This document shows positions 25,201-38,859 of a DNA stretch of 64,000 nucleotides, in pieces (the stretch's first letter is position 1; every line of letters starts with the position of its first letter). The notes beneath the pieces are model-generated. The model saw only the letters and a list, made by a program, of their open reading frames with translations, did not search any database and had not been told where the DNA came from. This DNA is from Lingula anatina (Eukaryota > Animalia > Brachiopoda). Position numbers and translations under genes: made by a program. The stretch spans positions 16,306,001 through 16,370,000 of the forward strand of contig CM120640.1 of NCBI GenBank assembly GCA_051362555.1. Direction: 5' to 3'.

Positions 25201-28200
25201 TGAAACCGGCCCCAGATTTTAAAATATCCCAGAAGTCATATTTTCTATGTCTGCATATTCTACACAGCTACATAGTTTCCCCAACACAGACTGTGAAAAC
25301 AATTTAAGTACCTGGTGTTGATATTTCCTTCTGAAATGTGCATGGAGACAAGGCTATGTAAGTCACTGTCCAGTTTCATTAGATCTACACTGTTTAATTA
25401 AAAATGGTACAACACATCAAATCCAAGTGCATGGACAATATATATATATATTTGGTGTAAATAAAAAGAGAGATATCCAACCTGCATCTGTCATATCCAT
25501 GTCAAGCTTTGGTCCAGCATTTCTTTCCTTAAATGATATTCCATCAATATGTTTTTGTAGAGCCTCTTGAATGACATCATACAATGGACAATTCTGTAAA
25601 AAGATAAACATATACTATGAAGGCTAATTAGCTCCTCAATTTATATCTCATGGCAAATATTTACACAGAAGAGTATTTTTCTGGTCCCAATGTTAGTTTT
25701 GACTTTAAAGAGGGTGCAGACAAGTCACTGTAATTTTGAAAAACAAACAAAAAAACTTGTGACCCAACAAAAAATTTGTGTACAGATAATTGAAAACATC
25801 TCCTTAAAAATGTATTGCATTGCATATGATACTTACATGTGCTCCAGACTTCTGAGGTTCAGAGTCATCAGTAGGGTACATCCTGGACACAAACTCCTGC
25901 AGAAGTAAGCTCCCGTCTGGCACCATCTTGGTGTAGTCTTTAATAGACTGCATCCACCACCACACCGCATCACGGCAGTTGTAGCGGGCATGAGTCCCAT
26001 CTCCTAGCAGATTAGGGATCAAGCCATGACGCATGCAAGATCCATAAGCAAGAATAAGGTTTCTGAAAATGAAGAAAATAATCTTATTACATGATGTAAA
26101 AATATGGGCAGTTTCGATATGCATGCCCCCCTATTTCCAATAGCACATTAAGTTTTATTACTTTTCAATACCAGTACTTAAATACTGTCCCTGTGCGAAA
26201 TGCCAATATAAATAAAGCCAGGCCAGTCAAATTTTGTCAACTTGTCTAGTTACTGGTCTGTGTTTCCACGTTAAGCCAATAGATTTTTAGACCCTAATGG
26301 CTCAAAGGGCCAGAAACCCAAAATATTTTAGGGACAGAATGCACTACTGTACTGGCAAGAAAAGCTCTGTCACTAAAGCTAAAAAGGTACAATTATGGAG
26401 ACAAAGAAACTATCATGACATACAAAGAAGAAAAAAACTTACGTATTTACAAAAACACATACAGAGTTGATAACTACACTATGCTACACTATATATCACT
26501 ACACAACAACATCACACACCAAAATACACTATACTAGGCCTCTTGCATAAATGACAATATCTATAAAGAAATTCAGACAAAAAAATGTATATATAAAAAT
26601 CAGTACAGACTCTCACCTGGCCACATCATGGCGCCCAGGTATAAGGAGAAGTCCTCTCAGTGCAATGAAGGTATCTCTGCCCCAGTTTCTCCATATACCA
26701 CTGGAAAAGTGAGGAAGACCTGCAATAATAAAGTGGAAAAAATTAAATCAAAATTGTGGTTTGAATTATAAATATGAGAACTTTGCTTGCAAACTATTAG
26801 GAATTTCCATGATACAGGTCTTGACAACCTAATTACATGAATTCTCCAATATGATGAAAAATCCAGTATGAAATTCATATGCACATTTGAAAAATCCACA
26901 AAACAGATTGTGCCTCTGACAGGGACAAATTATCATGGTAGAAGTACTCAGAATTTCACAGTTAGACAACCGGTTGAAAAAAATCCAATAAAACAACATT
27001 ATATAAGAACTCATTCATTTGTTTGAAAGTCAAAACATAGAGTTGTTGGATTAAATCAAAGAATCACCTTGATACTAAAATTAAAATACTTCGTTGCTAT
27101 CTATATCACCTGCAGACAGAGTATCATGGCAGACCTCCTCCTTGTCTTCCCCATCATCAGTCTGTGCATTCTGCACGCTGGTTGTGGTACCTGGGGAGTA
27201 ATCTGGTAGCCTGGCTGTCTTCACATAACCACACATCTGCACAGAGCCCAGGGAGAGGGCCTTCACAAATGTGGACCCCGTCTTGATGAAACTACACAGA
27301 GATAACAATAAGGCTATAGGAGAGTATGTTTTTCATGCCATGGTTATATCTTTCAAAATTGTGGAGTAACTGTTCAAAGACAAGTGAATCCTAATGATAA
27401 AGAGAAGCTCTCTCTAATTTTCCATCAATAAGGATATGCAATTTTAAAGAAACAAATAGATGAGAAAATACATTAAATCTTCCTTTAAAGCCCTTATTTC
27501 ATCATTCACTACATGTAAACAGACTTCAAGTCAAAGTGAAAGTTTACGTTGACATTTGACACCAGGCTGCATCATGGATTATGGAGGAAGTCTGAGTGAG
27601 GATGGCATCAAAGTAGCTAGGGATCAGATAGCGAGGGAGCTTGCTTAATTGTTCAAACACAGCTTCAAACCATTCACCGAGCTGAAATAAAAATGACAAT
27701 TATAAGCACTTAATACTATGCAAATCAAAATTATCAGTAGTTTATTATGCTGTTTGAGTTTTAGGGATTTGACTCTTCAAATAGCGCAATATTATTTTAT
27801 TCATCATTTTCCTTTCGAAGCAGATAATACCATCATGTTAGCACATTTTACTGTTTTACAAATCATAAATTGTAAAAGTAATTTTCAATAATATTATTAC
27901 AAATAATATATAACAATCAAAAATATTTGGTACATAAGAAACTGCATCCCTTAGTACATCTCCATTGTTAATATACTGAATCTGTCTAAGAGCACATTCA
28001 GTACAGCAGACTAACAGCTCCGCGGATCAAATATGCCAACCCACTATAACTAAAAAGCTTGCTGCTTAATTTCCAATTAGACACTGAATAGATTCCCAGC
28101 AGCATTCAAGTGGGTCAGCCATATTTCATCTGCTGACTAGTTAGTACGCCATTCTGAATACGCTCTAACTACCCTGAGTTTCAGAAGTCACGGAGAATTG

Positions 28201-31200
28201 CCTCTATTATCCACAGACCTATGCTATACCAGAAATGAGATCTCACAAGCTACATGAATATTCTATGACCATACCTGTTGAGTACTGGGCTGTGCCTTGA
28301 GCCTGGCAGCTATGTAGCCAGGCAACCAGTCTCCGTCTCTAAGATTACAGCACAGAGGATGGCCCAGATCATTGCTTAAACTGATAGGACCCATCACACT
28401 CATCACACCTGAAACAATGAAGGGAATCCTATGTAAAATATGTTCATTTAACAAATTCATTCAGCTGTTTAAAATCTCAATTAAATCATTAATATAAACC
28501 ATTGACAAAAGCCAAGCCTGTATTAAGCATTTTCAAAGGGGCGTGTGTGGGTTACTTTGTTGAAAAAGTGGACGTCTTTTACCGCCTTAGTTCACCAACT
28601 TTGGAAATGGCATACAACCTAGATCAAATTTTGATTCAGAGTGAACCTTTTCTGCCTAAAGGGTGGTTTGGTCCCGCCCCCCCCCTCCCCCTCCCCAATT
28701 GCCTATGGGCCTGAAGGTTGTCACTGAAAATAACAACTAGAAAAAAAAATACTTTTCATATCATACCTAATAATATTCTAGACCCAGAGCTGACATATAT
28801 TTATCACATTAAATTACAGCGCAGCTATCACTTCATATTTCTTACCCTGTAATCCACAGTACACCAGGCTGCCATATCTGGGCACATTATAGGCGCCAAA
28901 CCCCTTCCCATCATCCCTTTCTTCGTTATCGCAGCGGTATAGCACCCTGTTCAGGTCAGACAGTGTTAACTTGGAGACAATAGAGTGGAAAGGACTGGTC
29001 TCACTGAACTGGCCGTCTTTGATGGGGGGCAGCTGTGAGAAGGTGGTTGCAATGGAGGTGAGGGCTGCTGTGGAGACCGGATCTAGTGCAATCCTGGAAT
29101 GGAAAGAAAAGAAAAGAACTAGATCATGACTTAAAGTCAAATTAAAAGAAGCTTTCAATATATTTATTTACCCCTAGTACACCATATATGGATACTGTAA
29201 GGCTCAACATGTTATCAGCCTAATTACTTAGTCTGTACCAGTGTCTTAAAGAAGACTGATTCAGTTCACGTAAACATGAGCATGCACACACATCACAAAC
29301 AGATACAACCACCATCTACATGTACCTATCCACATACATAATAAGATTCTCACATACCTGAATGCTATAACACTTCCAGGGGGGAAATGGTGGAAATGGA
29401 CCACATTTATGTGGCTGTTCTCCGTGTGTTCTATGTGAACCATCTGGCTCTGATCTGGGGAAACGTCCTCTCGGATGTGGCAGTGGAAATCCGGGAGACC
29501 ATTGATAAACTGTGGGTCCTTCTTGTGAGCGTGGTGCCCTCTATGCTGCAGGTGAGACTCCAGGACCACAGTCTCTATTACACCTGTGAAAATAAATTTG
29601 CTTTGTTGTTTTTGATTTCGATTTTAGAGATTTTGACATAAAAATATCCCATATATGATTTCATATGATATTTATCATCAATTGATGAACCCTACCCTGA
29701 GTGTCAGAGCAATGTAAAAGCTAACTAGCTTAAATATACCTTGTGATGGAGTCGCTTTTACTAGCTCTGACGAACAGCGACAATCTGAGGGCGTTCTTCT
29801 TCAAAATTTTGCCTGGGGCGCTTCCATATTTGGAAGTCACACGTCACAGCTGTGTCCGCCTGGATCCATATTTGGAAGTCATAAGTCTCGTACGTCACAG
29901 GTTTGGCCGCCTGGAGCTGCCTTTCCCGCCTGGCGCTGATGTTATCTCATGCAGACGAGACAAGAAGCAAAGTGCCTGACGAAGTTTGAATTGAAAATAT
30001 CTTGCAGTCGAAGGTCAGTGCCACAATAGAAGCAACATTCTGCTTTAAAAACTGATTTTGGTGTAGCCATTGCGCAGCCCTTATAGTGGTATCGGGCATA
30101 CAGTGTAGCTGTCAAATTTGGCACACGGCAAGCATGGGTATTGCGCACGTGTACATCTCAGGACTAAATGTTCTTTGATAAGCAAAAAATACAAAAACAT
30201 TGGATATATCTTTTCTGTTCGAAGAATATTGTTTATTTTTTCACTTTACATCTTAAATACAGCAAATAAAATTAAATAAAGCAGAATTAAATCTGCTTTA
30301 CATTTCATTTTGGTCTTATGACATTCAACTGCAGATTCACTGCAGAGCCGTTCTATTTGATTGACGCGAGCCTAACATGGCCGCTGTGCACTAGAGCCTG
30401 GTATTGCGACATGGGTTATATATGAAATCAAGATCGAGCTGGCAAAATCGGAATCTAGAACCTAGGGTAATGAACCCCAACCCCAAAAGACTATCAATTA
30501 AGAAAGCAACACAGAAAATAACTGTCACACAAGTTCAGAGCCTTTTGTTAGACTTTGGCATAAATCCTGCAAATTTCATAAGCTTAAAATGTTTACATTG
30601 AATTTTTTCCCTTTTGAAATCAAATTTTATTTAATGATTAGTTCAAACACAAGTGCAAACTAATATCTTTTCATATGCCACCACTAGTCAAAATACTGAT
30701 ATAAAGTTATTTTTAAGCAATTTTTTATAAAGAGAAAACCAAGCAATCCCCAGGATGGAAAATGTAATGAAAAGTCCTTTACATCTCTTAGAGTTATAAT
30801 TTTTAATTTCATAATAGTAGAGTCCAACTTTTATTTGAATTTGTTTTTTTTTAATAAATTTGAATATTCTTCTATCAAAGATACATTTGTATACACATTA
30901 CAGGGCTGATACTGCATTATAATAATGGAATATCACACTGAACCAAAAGCAATTTAATGTTATTTTTGGGTATAATAATGAGTAAACATTCAGGTGGACT
31001 CATGCATGAAAGGCTGGTGGGGCAGGCCACTCACAAACCATGTTACCTAAATGTCCCTCTAAAACAATTGTCTCAATTCTACCTATAAAATAAAAAGAAA
31101 AATTCCACTGTTTCATAACTCATTATTTCTACACAATAGCACCAGGTCAAATATTAGGTTGTTTTAGAAAGCTAAAAGGCATTTTTCCAATCAAATTTCA

Positions 31201-34200
31201 TCATGGCAAATGCCAATGATAGAAAGTGGATCAATAAAATGTTTATGGTTTGTTTAGTCATAGCCATTGTTTCTGTTTTGCAGCTGGGCCTGTATATTCT
31301 TGGATCCGAGTGCTAGATGGCTAAAAAGATTTTGGCATTGACAGCTACCTGCAAAGGAAAGTATTAATTAACCAACATGTAATGTGTAGGGGATATTAAA
31401 TAACCCACCTGCAATGTGTAGAGGAGGTACATAACCAGTGTCTAGACTGTGAGGATGTTTGAAGGCTGTCCTGGCCACTAACACCACAGACATGTGATTG
31501 TGTGGGTTATGTCTGGTCACAGCCACAGTGTCATAGTCTCTCTGGTCTACAAATACCTGCAGCAAGAAATGGAACATTTCAATGAAAATAACATCTGTTA
31601 TTGACTACCCTGTGCTTCAGTTTTTTTACCTTTAAATCTCTATATGTGGAAAAGTAAGGAAAATGAAGAAGTGGTTCTATTTCTGACCTTCAACTCTAAG
31701 CTTTTATGAACTTAAATGATATATCTCATATATATTACTATTCATACATATATAAATTAGATTAATTCAGCTTTAGCATCACATTATAACTGATATGCTC
31801 TGATGTTATAAGAGATTTTAAATAACATATGGAATGCACACAGAACAGAACACAGGACAGAGAATGGAATGGTACATACTTGGTTAAACCCTTTCTTTCC
31901 TAGTTCAAAGTGCAGCCTGTTGAGAGCTCTTTTTCCTGCAACAATTCCATTGCACATATTGATGGTAGCGTGGCACACATGGGTCTGGTCTGTCCAAGAA
32001 GCATATGGCCGACCTTCCTCTACTACATGAATCTGTGATGAGATGATCAATGAAAGTAGCATGTCATCACATCAAGTCAAAATATATGTATGTACTGAGT
32101 ATTTCAAATTTTTTAAACACCTCGATTTTTCTAATATCTTCCTTTTCCAACAATCATTTTTTAGACACAAAAATAGTTTATGATATCAAGCAACCAATTT
32201 TTCCCAAATGAAGGAACATAGCAAACTCCCTTTTTTTTTTTTTTTTTGGGGGGGGGGGGGGGGGAATAGATCATTAATTTATGTTGTTCAAATTTATTGA
32301 ATTAACACCATGAGTAACAACTGCCACATATATTAACAATACTGTGTTATTCACTTTAATGTGGTATGCCCCTACCCTCTATTATAGACACATTTTCCAC
32401 AAAACCAAATAACCGTCAATTTATCTAAAGACATATCTGCGAATATCTTGTGTAAAATAAATCTGCAGCCCTGGTAGAGGGTAGTATGCCCCTTTAGCAT
32501 ATCAGTATTTGTTTACTATGCTGCACAAATGTAATATAGTGAATTAAAAATTTTGAACAGTTATATGTCTGTTAATGTCATTTATTACTGCTTTTTTCTT
32601 TATGATGTTTACACCATGCTATGATGATATTAAGTATCAACTGTCGCTAACAATACTTTTTATTTAACTCATTTGCAAAATGGACTCATAGAAATTGTGG
32701 GAACTGAGTCTTGTGCAATCTTATTGAAAGCAACTACAAGTTATTATATTTCAACATCCATAACTTACATGGTGAGGCACCAGTTCATCATATCCCCTAT
32801 TACTTCCAGTGGCACAGCATGCCATGGACACCAGAGCTGCTGTGGGCAGCATATCATACACTGAACGTCTCTACAATATACAACATATCAAATAAAATTA
32901 AAACATATTAAAATAATAGACAGAGAGACAGACAGACAGACACACACGTACAACATAAGCATGTATTTCATCAAGATATATTGTTTTGTTACACGTGTGT
33001 CACCCTACTATATTACCTGAGGCTCTTGTGGAGACATCATTTGTCATATTACATATAACTGCTGAATTACCTGCACTGGTGACATATCACCATGTGTCAC
33101 ACAACATATTACTGTGCCACATTACCTGTACTGGGGACATATCATGTGTCATATTACATATTACTGTGCCACATAGCCTGTACTGGGGACATATCATGTG
33201 TCACATAACATATTACTGTGCCACATAGCCTGTACTGGGGACATATCATCATGTATGTATCATGTTACATATTACTATGCCATATTACCTGTACTGGGGA
33301 CATATCATCATGTATGTATCATGTTACATATTACTATGCCATATTACCTGTACTGGGGACATATCATCATGTATGTATCATGTTACATATTACTATGCCA
33401 TATTACCTGTACTGGGGACATATCATCATGTATGTATCATGTTACATATTACTATGCCATATTACCTGCACTGGAGACATATTATCGTGTGTGAGATCAT
33501 AGAAGAGGGCATGTGCCACAGCAGGCACTAAAGGTCTGACTGCAGGCTTCATGAAAGCCCCCACTGGTTCTCCTCCATAACGATACACCAGGCGGCCTTC
33601 CTCGTGGGAGTCCCATGCACTCTGTGCCTCTGAAAGAAAATTGAAACCTTGACAAATCATGTCAGACCTCCATTTCTTTAACTTCCTCAAAATATTTAAT
33701 TTAAATTGGATTTATTTTTTTCCTTTTTTTTTTTTTTTTGAAGTGAAGATGTTTTCTGTATGGTGTTTGTCTAAGCTCTTTAATCATTCAATTTAGTCTG
33801 GGAGATTAGCACTGGCCCCATGCAGAATGCCAGTTGAATTGAAGCCCCACCTGTAAATTTTGTAAATGCGTTTAAGTTCTCTCCACTTTTGTGTAAATAA
33901 CTTCAATTATACCAGTCTTACCTCTGATGAGAGAGTTAATGCCCAGGTGATTCATGAAGATATTATCTGTATGTTCACTCCTTGTGAACAACTCTGCCAC
34001 CACATAAAGATCAGGACGAATCTTCCTGGCAGCATCCAACATATACTGAAAAAAATGAATAAGACATTTATAAACTAACATGTGAAAGTAATGATTGTAT
34101 TAAAGCAATTAAAACTTTTAGGTACTTGAAAATCTTGAGACATTCTGAACCATTAATACATGGCACTATGATTTATGGATCAGAAAGTTAATCTCCTTCT

Positions 34201-37200
34201 TAATCTTCTGATATTTTCTGATTTTTCAAATGTTTTTTTTCATGCATGGTCAGATACATAACCCAACCGGCAGGCCATGAATTTTTTCTAACTCGTCTAA
34301 AAATGTTCCCTTTATCTGACTTCTACATGTATCTCTACATAATTGGATTCTCTCCAATACGAACAAGTTTGCCACGAAACCATCTGGTTTAAATACTTGA
34401 AAGATTTAACTCTGAAAGCTATATGGTAATTGTCTAGTTTACACAAGTGAAATGTTTCTTTTAGTTTTTGAATGTATATTGACAATACTAACTTCTGCTA
34501 CATGGAGTGGTGTGCTATGACAATTGTCTAGTCTAACAGCGTGGAAGATTTCTACAGTCTGAACTGTGTACTGGCGCATATGATCCCACAGAAATGGACA
34601 GTCCTCATATTTTTCTCCATATCTTAACTTGACACTGTCTCCCCACACTATGAGCTCTCTTCTTAGGTATACATTAGATCCTGTAACAAAATGCAAAATG
34701 CAGTGTTTTTTAAGTATTCAGAATGGTTATCAAAATATATCTTTAACAATTTAACAAATTCAGGAAACAGGACACAAAAATGTAATAAAATTTAAATGAA
34801 AAAATACTAATCAAAAGCCTTTACCTGGCTCAGCAAAGTTCCTGAGAGGATCATCACCCATAACCCAGCCATTGTGTGCAAACATCACATTTGCCTTGTC
34901 AGTGTGCATCAGCTGTTCTTCCTTCTCTAGGGTGAATTCTGGTCCAGGGGGAGGCAAGAAGTAACTGAAACATCAAAGAATAACAATCAGTGCACATTAC
35001 CGTCACAAAAAGCAAGGTGGTAATGATCTTTTTTTAACTGCCAGTTTGCGCAAGATATCTTTCCATCTTTTGTTAATTTTTTTTACATTATGAATGGTGA
35101 AGAGTATGTTTTAATGTGTACATTTAGTTCCCCATCTCTTGTATGAATTCTGAATAAAAAAGGGACAAAACTGCTAATAAGTCTGTCAGAGTAAATCTAC
35201 TGACATAATAACTTTCAAGTGGATCAAGTGAGGTAGGTATATGATAAAGGTATCTTATTTTTAATAGAATGATAAGTTAATGACATATAAACTGTTTTTT
35301 AGTTTAAATTTTCCATTTTTGATTGAAATTGGTCAATTTTCCTCATAAAAATTAACACTAAAAATTTAAAATATAGGATAGGGTAAACTTAGGAGACAAA
35401 GGGCAAACTGCAGACATTTCCTTGAAAAAATTTGTTGGACATATAAAGGACTAATGCATAATGTATTTCTGTAGTAATAACTGTCATTTTCATTAACTGC
35501 AATGTTTTTCAATCAGTGTCTCGAGTACCATACAGTACTGTGCACTCTTATCTGATTCTGAGATACACGTGATAATAAAAGTTGTATGTCTTGAGGTCAA
35601 CCATAAATCTACGTAGTCATGATCTTCAAAACCACAGACGTGAACTTGCTGACATCATTGAAGTTATTAACTTGTATGCAATGCAATGGCACATGAACAT
35701 ACACACCACACACCCCCTTACATATAAACCACAGGCTCATGATCCTTGAAATATAAAAAGAAAAGAAAGAAATATTGTTTTTAAAAACTTTGAAAATAAA
35801 ATACATTTTTTAAATAAGTGAGACATTTTCTCTTTGTTAAAAAGTAAAAGTCATAATAAGCCCTTTTTAATATTCAATATGTATGCAATTTATATTGTAC
35901 CTGAACATAAGAGGCTGCTTTCTGGTTACCTTGTCATACTTGGGCCCTCCATCTTGAAGAAACCTATACCTGAATAACAAAAAGTAGGATGAATAACTAG
36001 CTTTTTAATATACAACTATCATTAAAAATGCTCAATATCATCTTTCTCAACAAAAATGATGCTCTTGAAATGAAAATCAAGACAAGCAAGAAATCTAAAT
36101 TCAAATGTGGTGCATTAAAAATAGTAATGTAATTTACAAACAGAATTATTTTTACAAAACATACGCAGTTATTAACATTTTATGCAACTTTTTATTTGTG
36201 TTTTATTTCATTATCTTTGTAATGAGCTGTATTAATGTATTTGCAGTACATACATTTATTAAAAGAAAGGAAGTGATTGTTCAGATACACTTCATAAATA
36301 AACACTTATACCTGATGTTGGCAAGAAAGTTTGTGACAGCCTGCTGTAGATGACCATGAATCTCATCGACTTTCTCCTGATTAAGTTCTTCTAATTTCAC
36401 TCGTAAATCTTCACAGCACAGCCGGATCCTTTCATCTCTCGTACGGATACCAGGTCTGGGAAAACAATGACACTTATAAAAGGTACACGCAACACTTGGT
36501 TAAAATTTAGATGTTTTGAATATCATGTAATTTTTTAGGATGAATTCAGTTTGTGGTCAACAACTTAGTAAGTACTATATTCATCATGCATATTTAAAAT
36601 AAGATTTTCATAAAATGAGTAAATGAATAAATAAATAAAACATTAGAAGATATATCTATGTTTTGGTAAATAAAAAGCGGTCTCACTTGTCCACATTAAA
36701 TAGTTTCATGGCTATAGCCATATCCACTGTACTCCCTAATCTCTTGAACTGAGGATCCTGGACAATTTGTAAATCCCCTTTGGTGTGGTAAAGGTCTGTG
36801 TATAATCCTTCTGGAAACAGCAACAAAAAAAATATGACAAATAACTTGTAAATACAGATACGAAACATCATAATTCATATACAAATGTTTTAACTAGCAG
36901 CGTGACAATGTGCAACATGTTTGTTACTTTATTACTGTAAAAAAACTATAGAAAATATCTGACTCATTTAGAAAATATGCCATTATCCTAATAAGAACAT
37001 ATGGTTTTATTAATTTTGACACTTTTTGTGTTAAATCACACAATATGACTAAACTATTGTTTTTCTAGTACAATGGAAAGTTCGTGTTAATAATTTTTTT
37101 TACCTCCTAACTGACTTTTGAAAGATTTAATAACCTGGTCCACATCTACAGTGTAGAATTCATGCAATTTGTACTTAGGCAGCAGCTCATCATTCAAGTA

Positions 37201-38859
37201 ACTTCTAATGTGCTAAAAAGCAAGATAAAGCTCGGAACTGATTTGTACATGAAGTTTTAATAGATAGTTTCATACACCAGTTCAGAAAAACAAAGGTATG
37301 ACAGATAATGACATAAAAATAATGGTTTCAACTGGCAGAAAAAAAGAACACAGCTAAATAGTGACCTTATTTGAGTTAATGAAGTTTTTGCATTTTGTAA
37401 AAAAAAAAAAGATTGCTTTACAGGACAGAAAAATGGCATTCTGTCTCACCTCTAGGTCTGTTTCACTTTTAATGACTGGAGTTATTCCTCTATACTCTAA
37501 TTTGCCACCAGCAACATCTAGTGTCACATGCCAGAGCATCCTATCCAGGAAATAGGATGGCTTAAGGTGTGGAGAGTTGACTAGATTATACACACACTCA
37601 GGGTGCTCTTGTATCCAGGGGCTGTCATTGGCCGTGTGGTTGTACACAAGGTCTGTCATAGACAACACTTTCCACTCATTCTTCATCAGTTTAATAAGCT
37701 CTGCCACGTCATCCATGGTGTACTGCTTGTTCTTGCAGAAAAGCGGGTTAAGTTTCAGCTGATCTCTGAGCGAGTAGGAAGAGTTGGAGTAGCCCAGTTC
37801 TTGCAGTGGGGTAAAGTGCACCATGTTGTAGCCAGACTCTTTGGCTACTTTCAGCTTGTCTTTCCATCCTTCGAAGGGCCCCAGACACTTGGTGAGGACA
37901 GACTGGACCTGGACACAGTCCATGGGGAGAGGTTCATTTTCCAAACCAACATGCATGACAGGATCCACAAGGAAACTTCCGCGTCCATTTGGGGAGAGTT
38001 CATTATTGCTAACAAAATATGACCAAAAAAGTAATATAAAATTCAGCTATGTGATATTTGATATCAAGAGAGAAAATTAAAAGTCAATAGTTTAAGAACA
38101 TAACACAATCTATGCCCAAAATTTTTTAGCACACTGATCCTAAAGAGACAAAATGGTCCAAGAGTCTAATAGAAAAAAAATGTACAAAATTTTATTGGCC
38201 TGTCTTCAATTTTAATACTTTTGTGTATGTGACCAGTGTTAACATAATCATTGCAGACTAAAACATACAGCACAATAACATACTTTTAAAAATATTTAGT
38301 TTCCTTTTACCTCAACTAATAAAAGGTACATGTAATGCTAATATCACACTGACAAATAGAACCACTGCACATATATTTATACAACTTGACCCATCATCAC
38401 ACGTACCCTCCATCAATGGTGAAATAATAATTGAATGACCCAGCACACACAATGTTGACCTCTACAAACATATCAATAACATCAGACTTCATAGAGCTTG
38501 GATTCTGCCACGAGAGTTCCGTGTACTTCTCGCGACTAAATGGGACATCTGCACATGTAGGATGGTTACAAAACACTCGAACATTCTCTACCTGAAGGGA
38601 GGGACCTTGGACAAAATGAAGTTTCCAGCCTGCAAAGAAAAATAAATAGATAAATGAATAATACAACTTAATAAGGTAGCAATAGTAATATCTGACAGAA
38701 AAACAATTACAATCCCACTTTAAAAAATAACAAATAAAAAAAAAAGTATTCAATACAATCCAAAACAATTTGATTTGGGTCACCTTTTTCCAATCTATAC
38801 AGGGTTGATTCCTTGTTCTCTCCCTTCTCCAGCACTAAGACTCTGACCTGTTCCGCCAT
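10605..38859 (-). CDS. AGL: Glycogen debranching enzyme (4-alpha-glucanotransferase / amylo-1,6-glucosidase), about 29 coding exons
   Basis: Start [14 protein letters not shown] at 38859. Motifs: [11 protein letters not shown] (~37450-38008), RLDNCHSTP (~34491-34680), VVAELFT (~33922-34045), DLTHDN (~33466-33629), WGRD region (~26617-26718), [11 protein letters not shown] (~25836-26062), [10 protein letters not shown] (24361-24496), DYQLRPNF (~23485-23696), [11 protein letters not shown] (~18565-18661), GFNYHQGP (~18138-18226), [12 protein letters not shown]...LPELTN (17601-17789). Last exon 10721-10605 reads [38 protein letters not shown]. Confidence 0.96.
11185..15114 (+). pseudogene. Intron-containing IS3EU transposase, probably inactivated
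   Basis: Exons: 11185-11292 and 11660-11777 (Cys-rich), ~12270-12360, ~12810-12885 ([12 protein letters not shown]-like), ~13196-13293, ~13410-13503 ([19 protein letters not shown]), ~13829-13928 ([24 protein letters not shown]), ~14131-14270 ([17 protein letters not shown]), ~14460-14661 (WNNHKIR) and ~14876-15114. The donor after 13503 reads AT rather than GT, and the expected RIE catalytic motif was not found. Confidence 0.8.
16420..16868 (-). mobile_element. Diverged fragment of Helentron-like family B inside the IS3EU element
   Basis: Colinear similarity to ~21350-22065 (gctctacaaaatg..ggtctctagca..ttgacccc..tctaggaggagaagcggtaacggt), ending in the same palindrome gccagc..gctggtggtac. 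Confidence 0.7.
20065..22066 (-). mobile_element. Helentron-like family B nested in family A
   Basis: End actag..GAGGCGatacCGCCTC hairpin (CTAG on the minus strand) with subTIR attgtaccaccagc; opposite end gtaccgccagcg-ctaa-cgctggtggtacaat. It splits a host 161-bp monomer (cagcataa|attacctaaaagtg) and has no TSD. Confidence 0.8.
20260..21075. repeat. 146-bp tandem array (about 5.5 copies) within family B
   Basis: aaggtcacattt-type anchor at 20401, 20547, 20693, 20839 and 20985. Confidence 0.92.
22071..22830. repeat. 161-bp tandem array (about 4.7 copies) within family A
   Basis: ctaaaagtgacccgatcatgctg-type anchor at 22071, 22232, 22393, 22554 and 22715. Confidence 0.92.
24528..25213. mobile_element. 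MITE, PIF/Harbinger-like
   Basis: Perfect 31-bp TIR GGGGCCGGTTTCACAAAGCAGTAGTTAGTTA with additional internal inverted blocks. The flanks are CWG-like (ctg/cag) and the TSD is ambiguous. Confidence 0.8.
27990..28165. mobile_element. Small decayed Harbinger-like MITE
   Basis: taa|gagcacattcag...ctgaatacgctc|taa: imperfect ~45-bp TIRs and a TAA duplication. Confidence 0.6.
29693..30469. mobile_element. Non-autonomous DNA element with 8-bp TSD, superfamily uncertain
   Basis: ATGAACCC at 29685-29692 and 30470-30477 flanks TACCCT...AGGGTA termini (11/16 match). The interior is CpG-rich, unlike the surrounding intron. Confidence 0.65.
33010..33482. repeat. 59-bp minisatellite derived from an AGL exon/intron junction
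   Basis: acatatcatcatg anchor at 33241, 33300, 33359 and 33418, with shorter degenerate units upstream. Confidence 0.9.

Noticed and set aside
32425-32490. Short similarity to ~52010-52070 (gacatatctg.gaatatct..ccctggt.gagggtag)
   Set aside because: Probably fragments of a dispersed repeat, too short to classify.
32986-33531. Cys/His/Tyr-rich repetitive ORFs in all three + frames
   Set aside because: By-product of the 59-bp minisatellite antisense to AGL.
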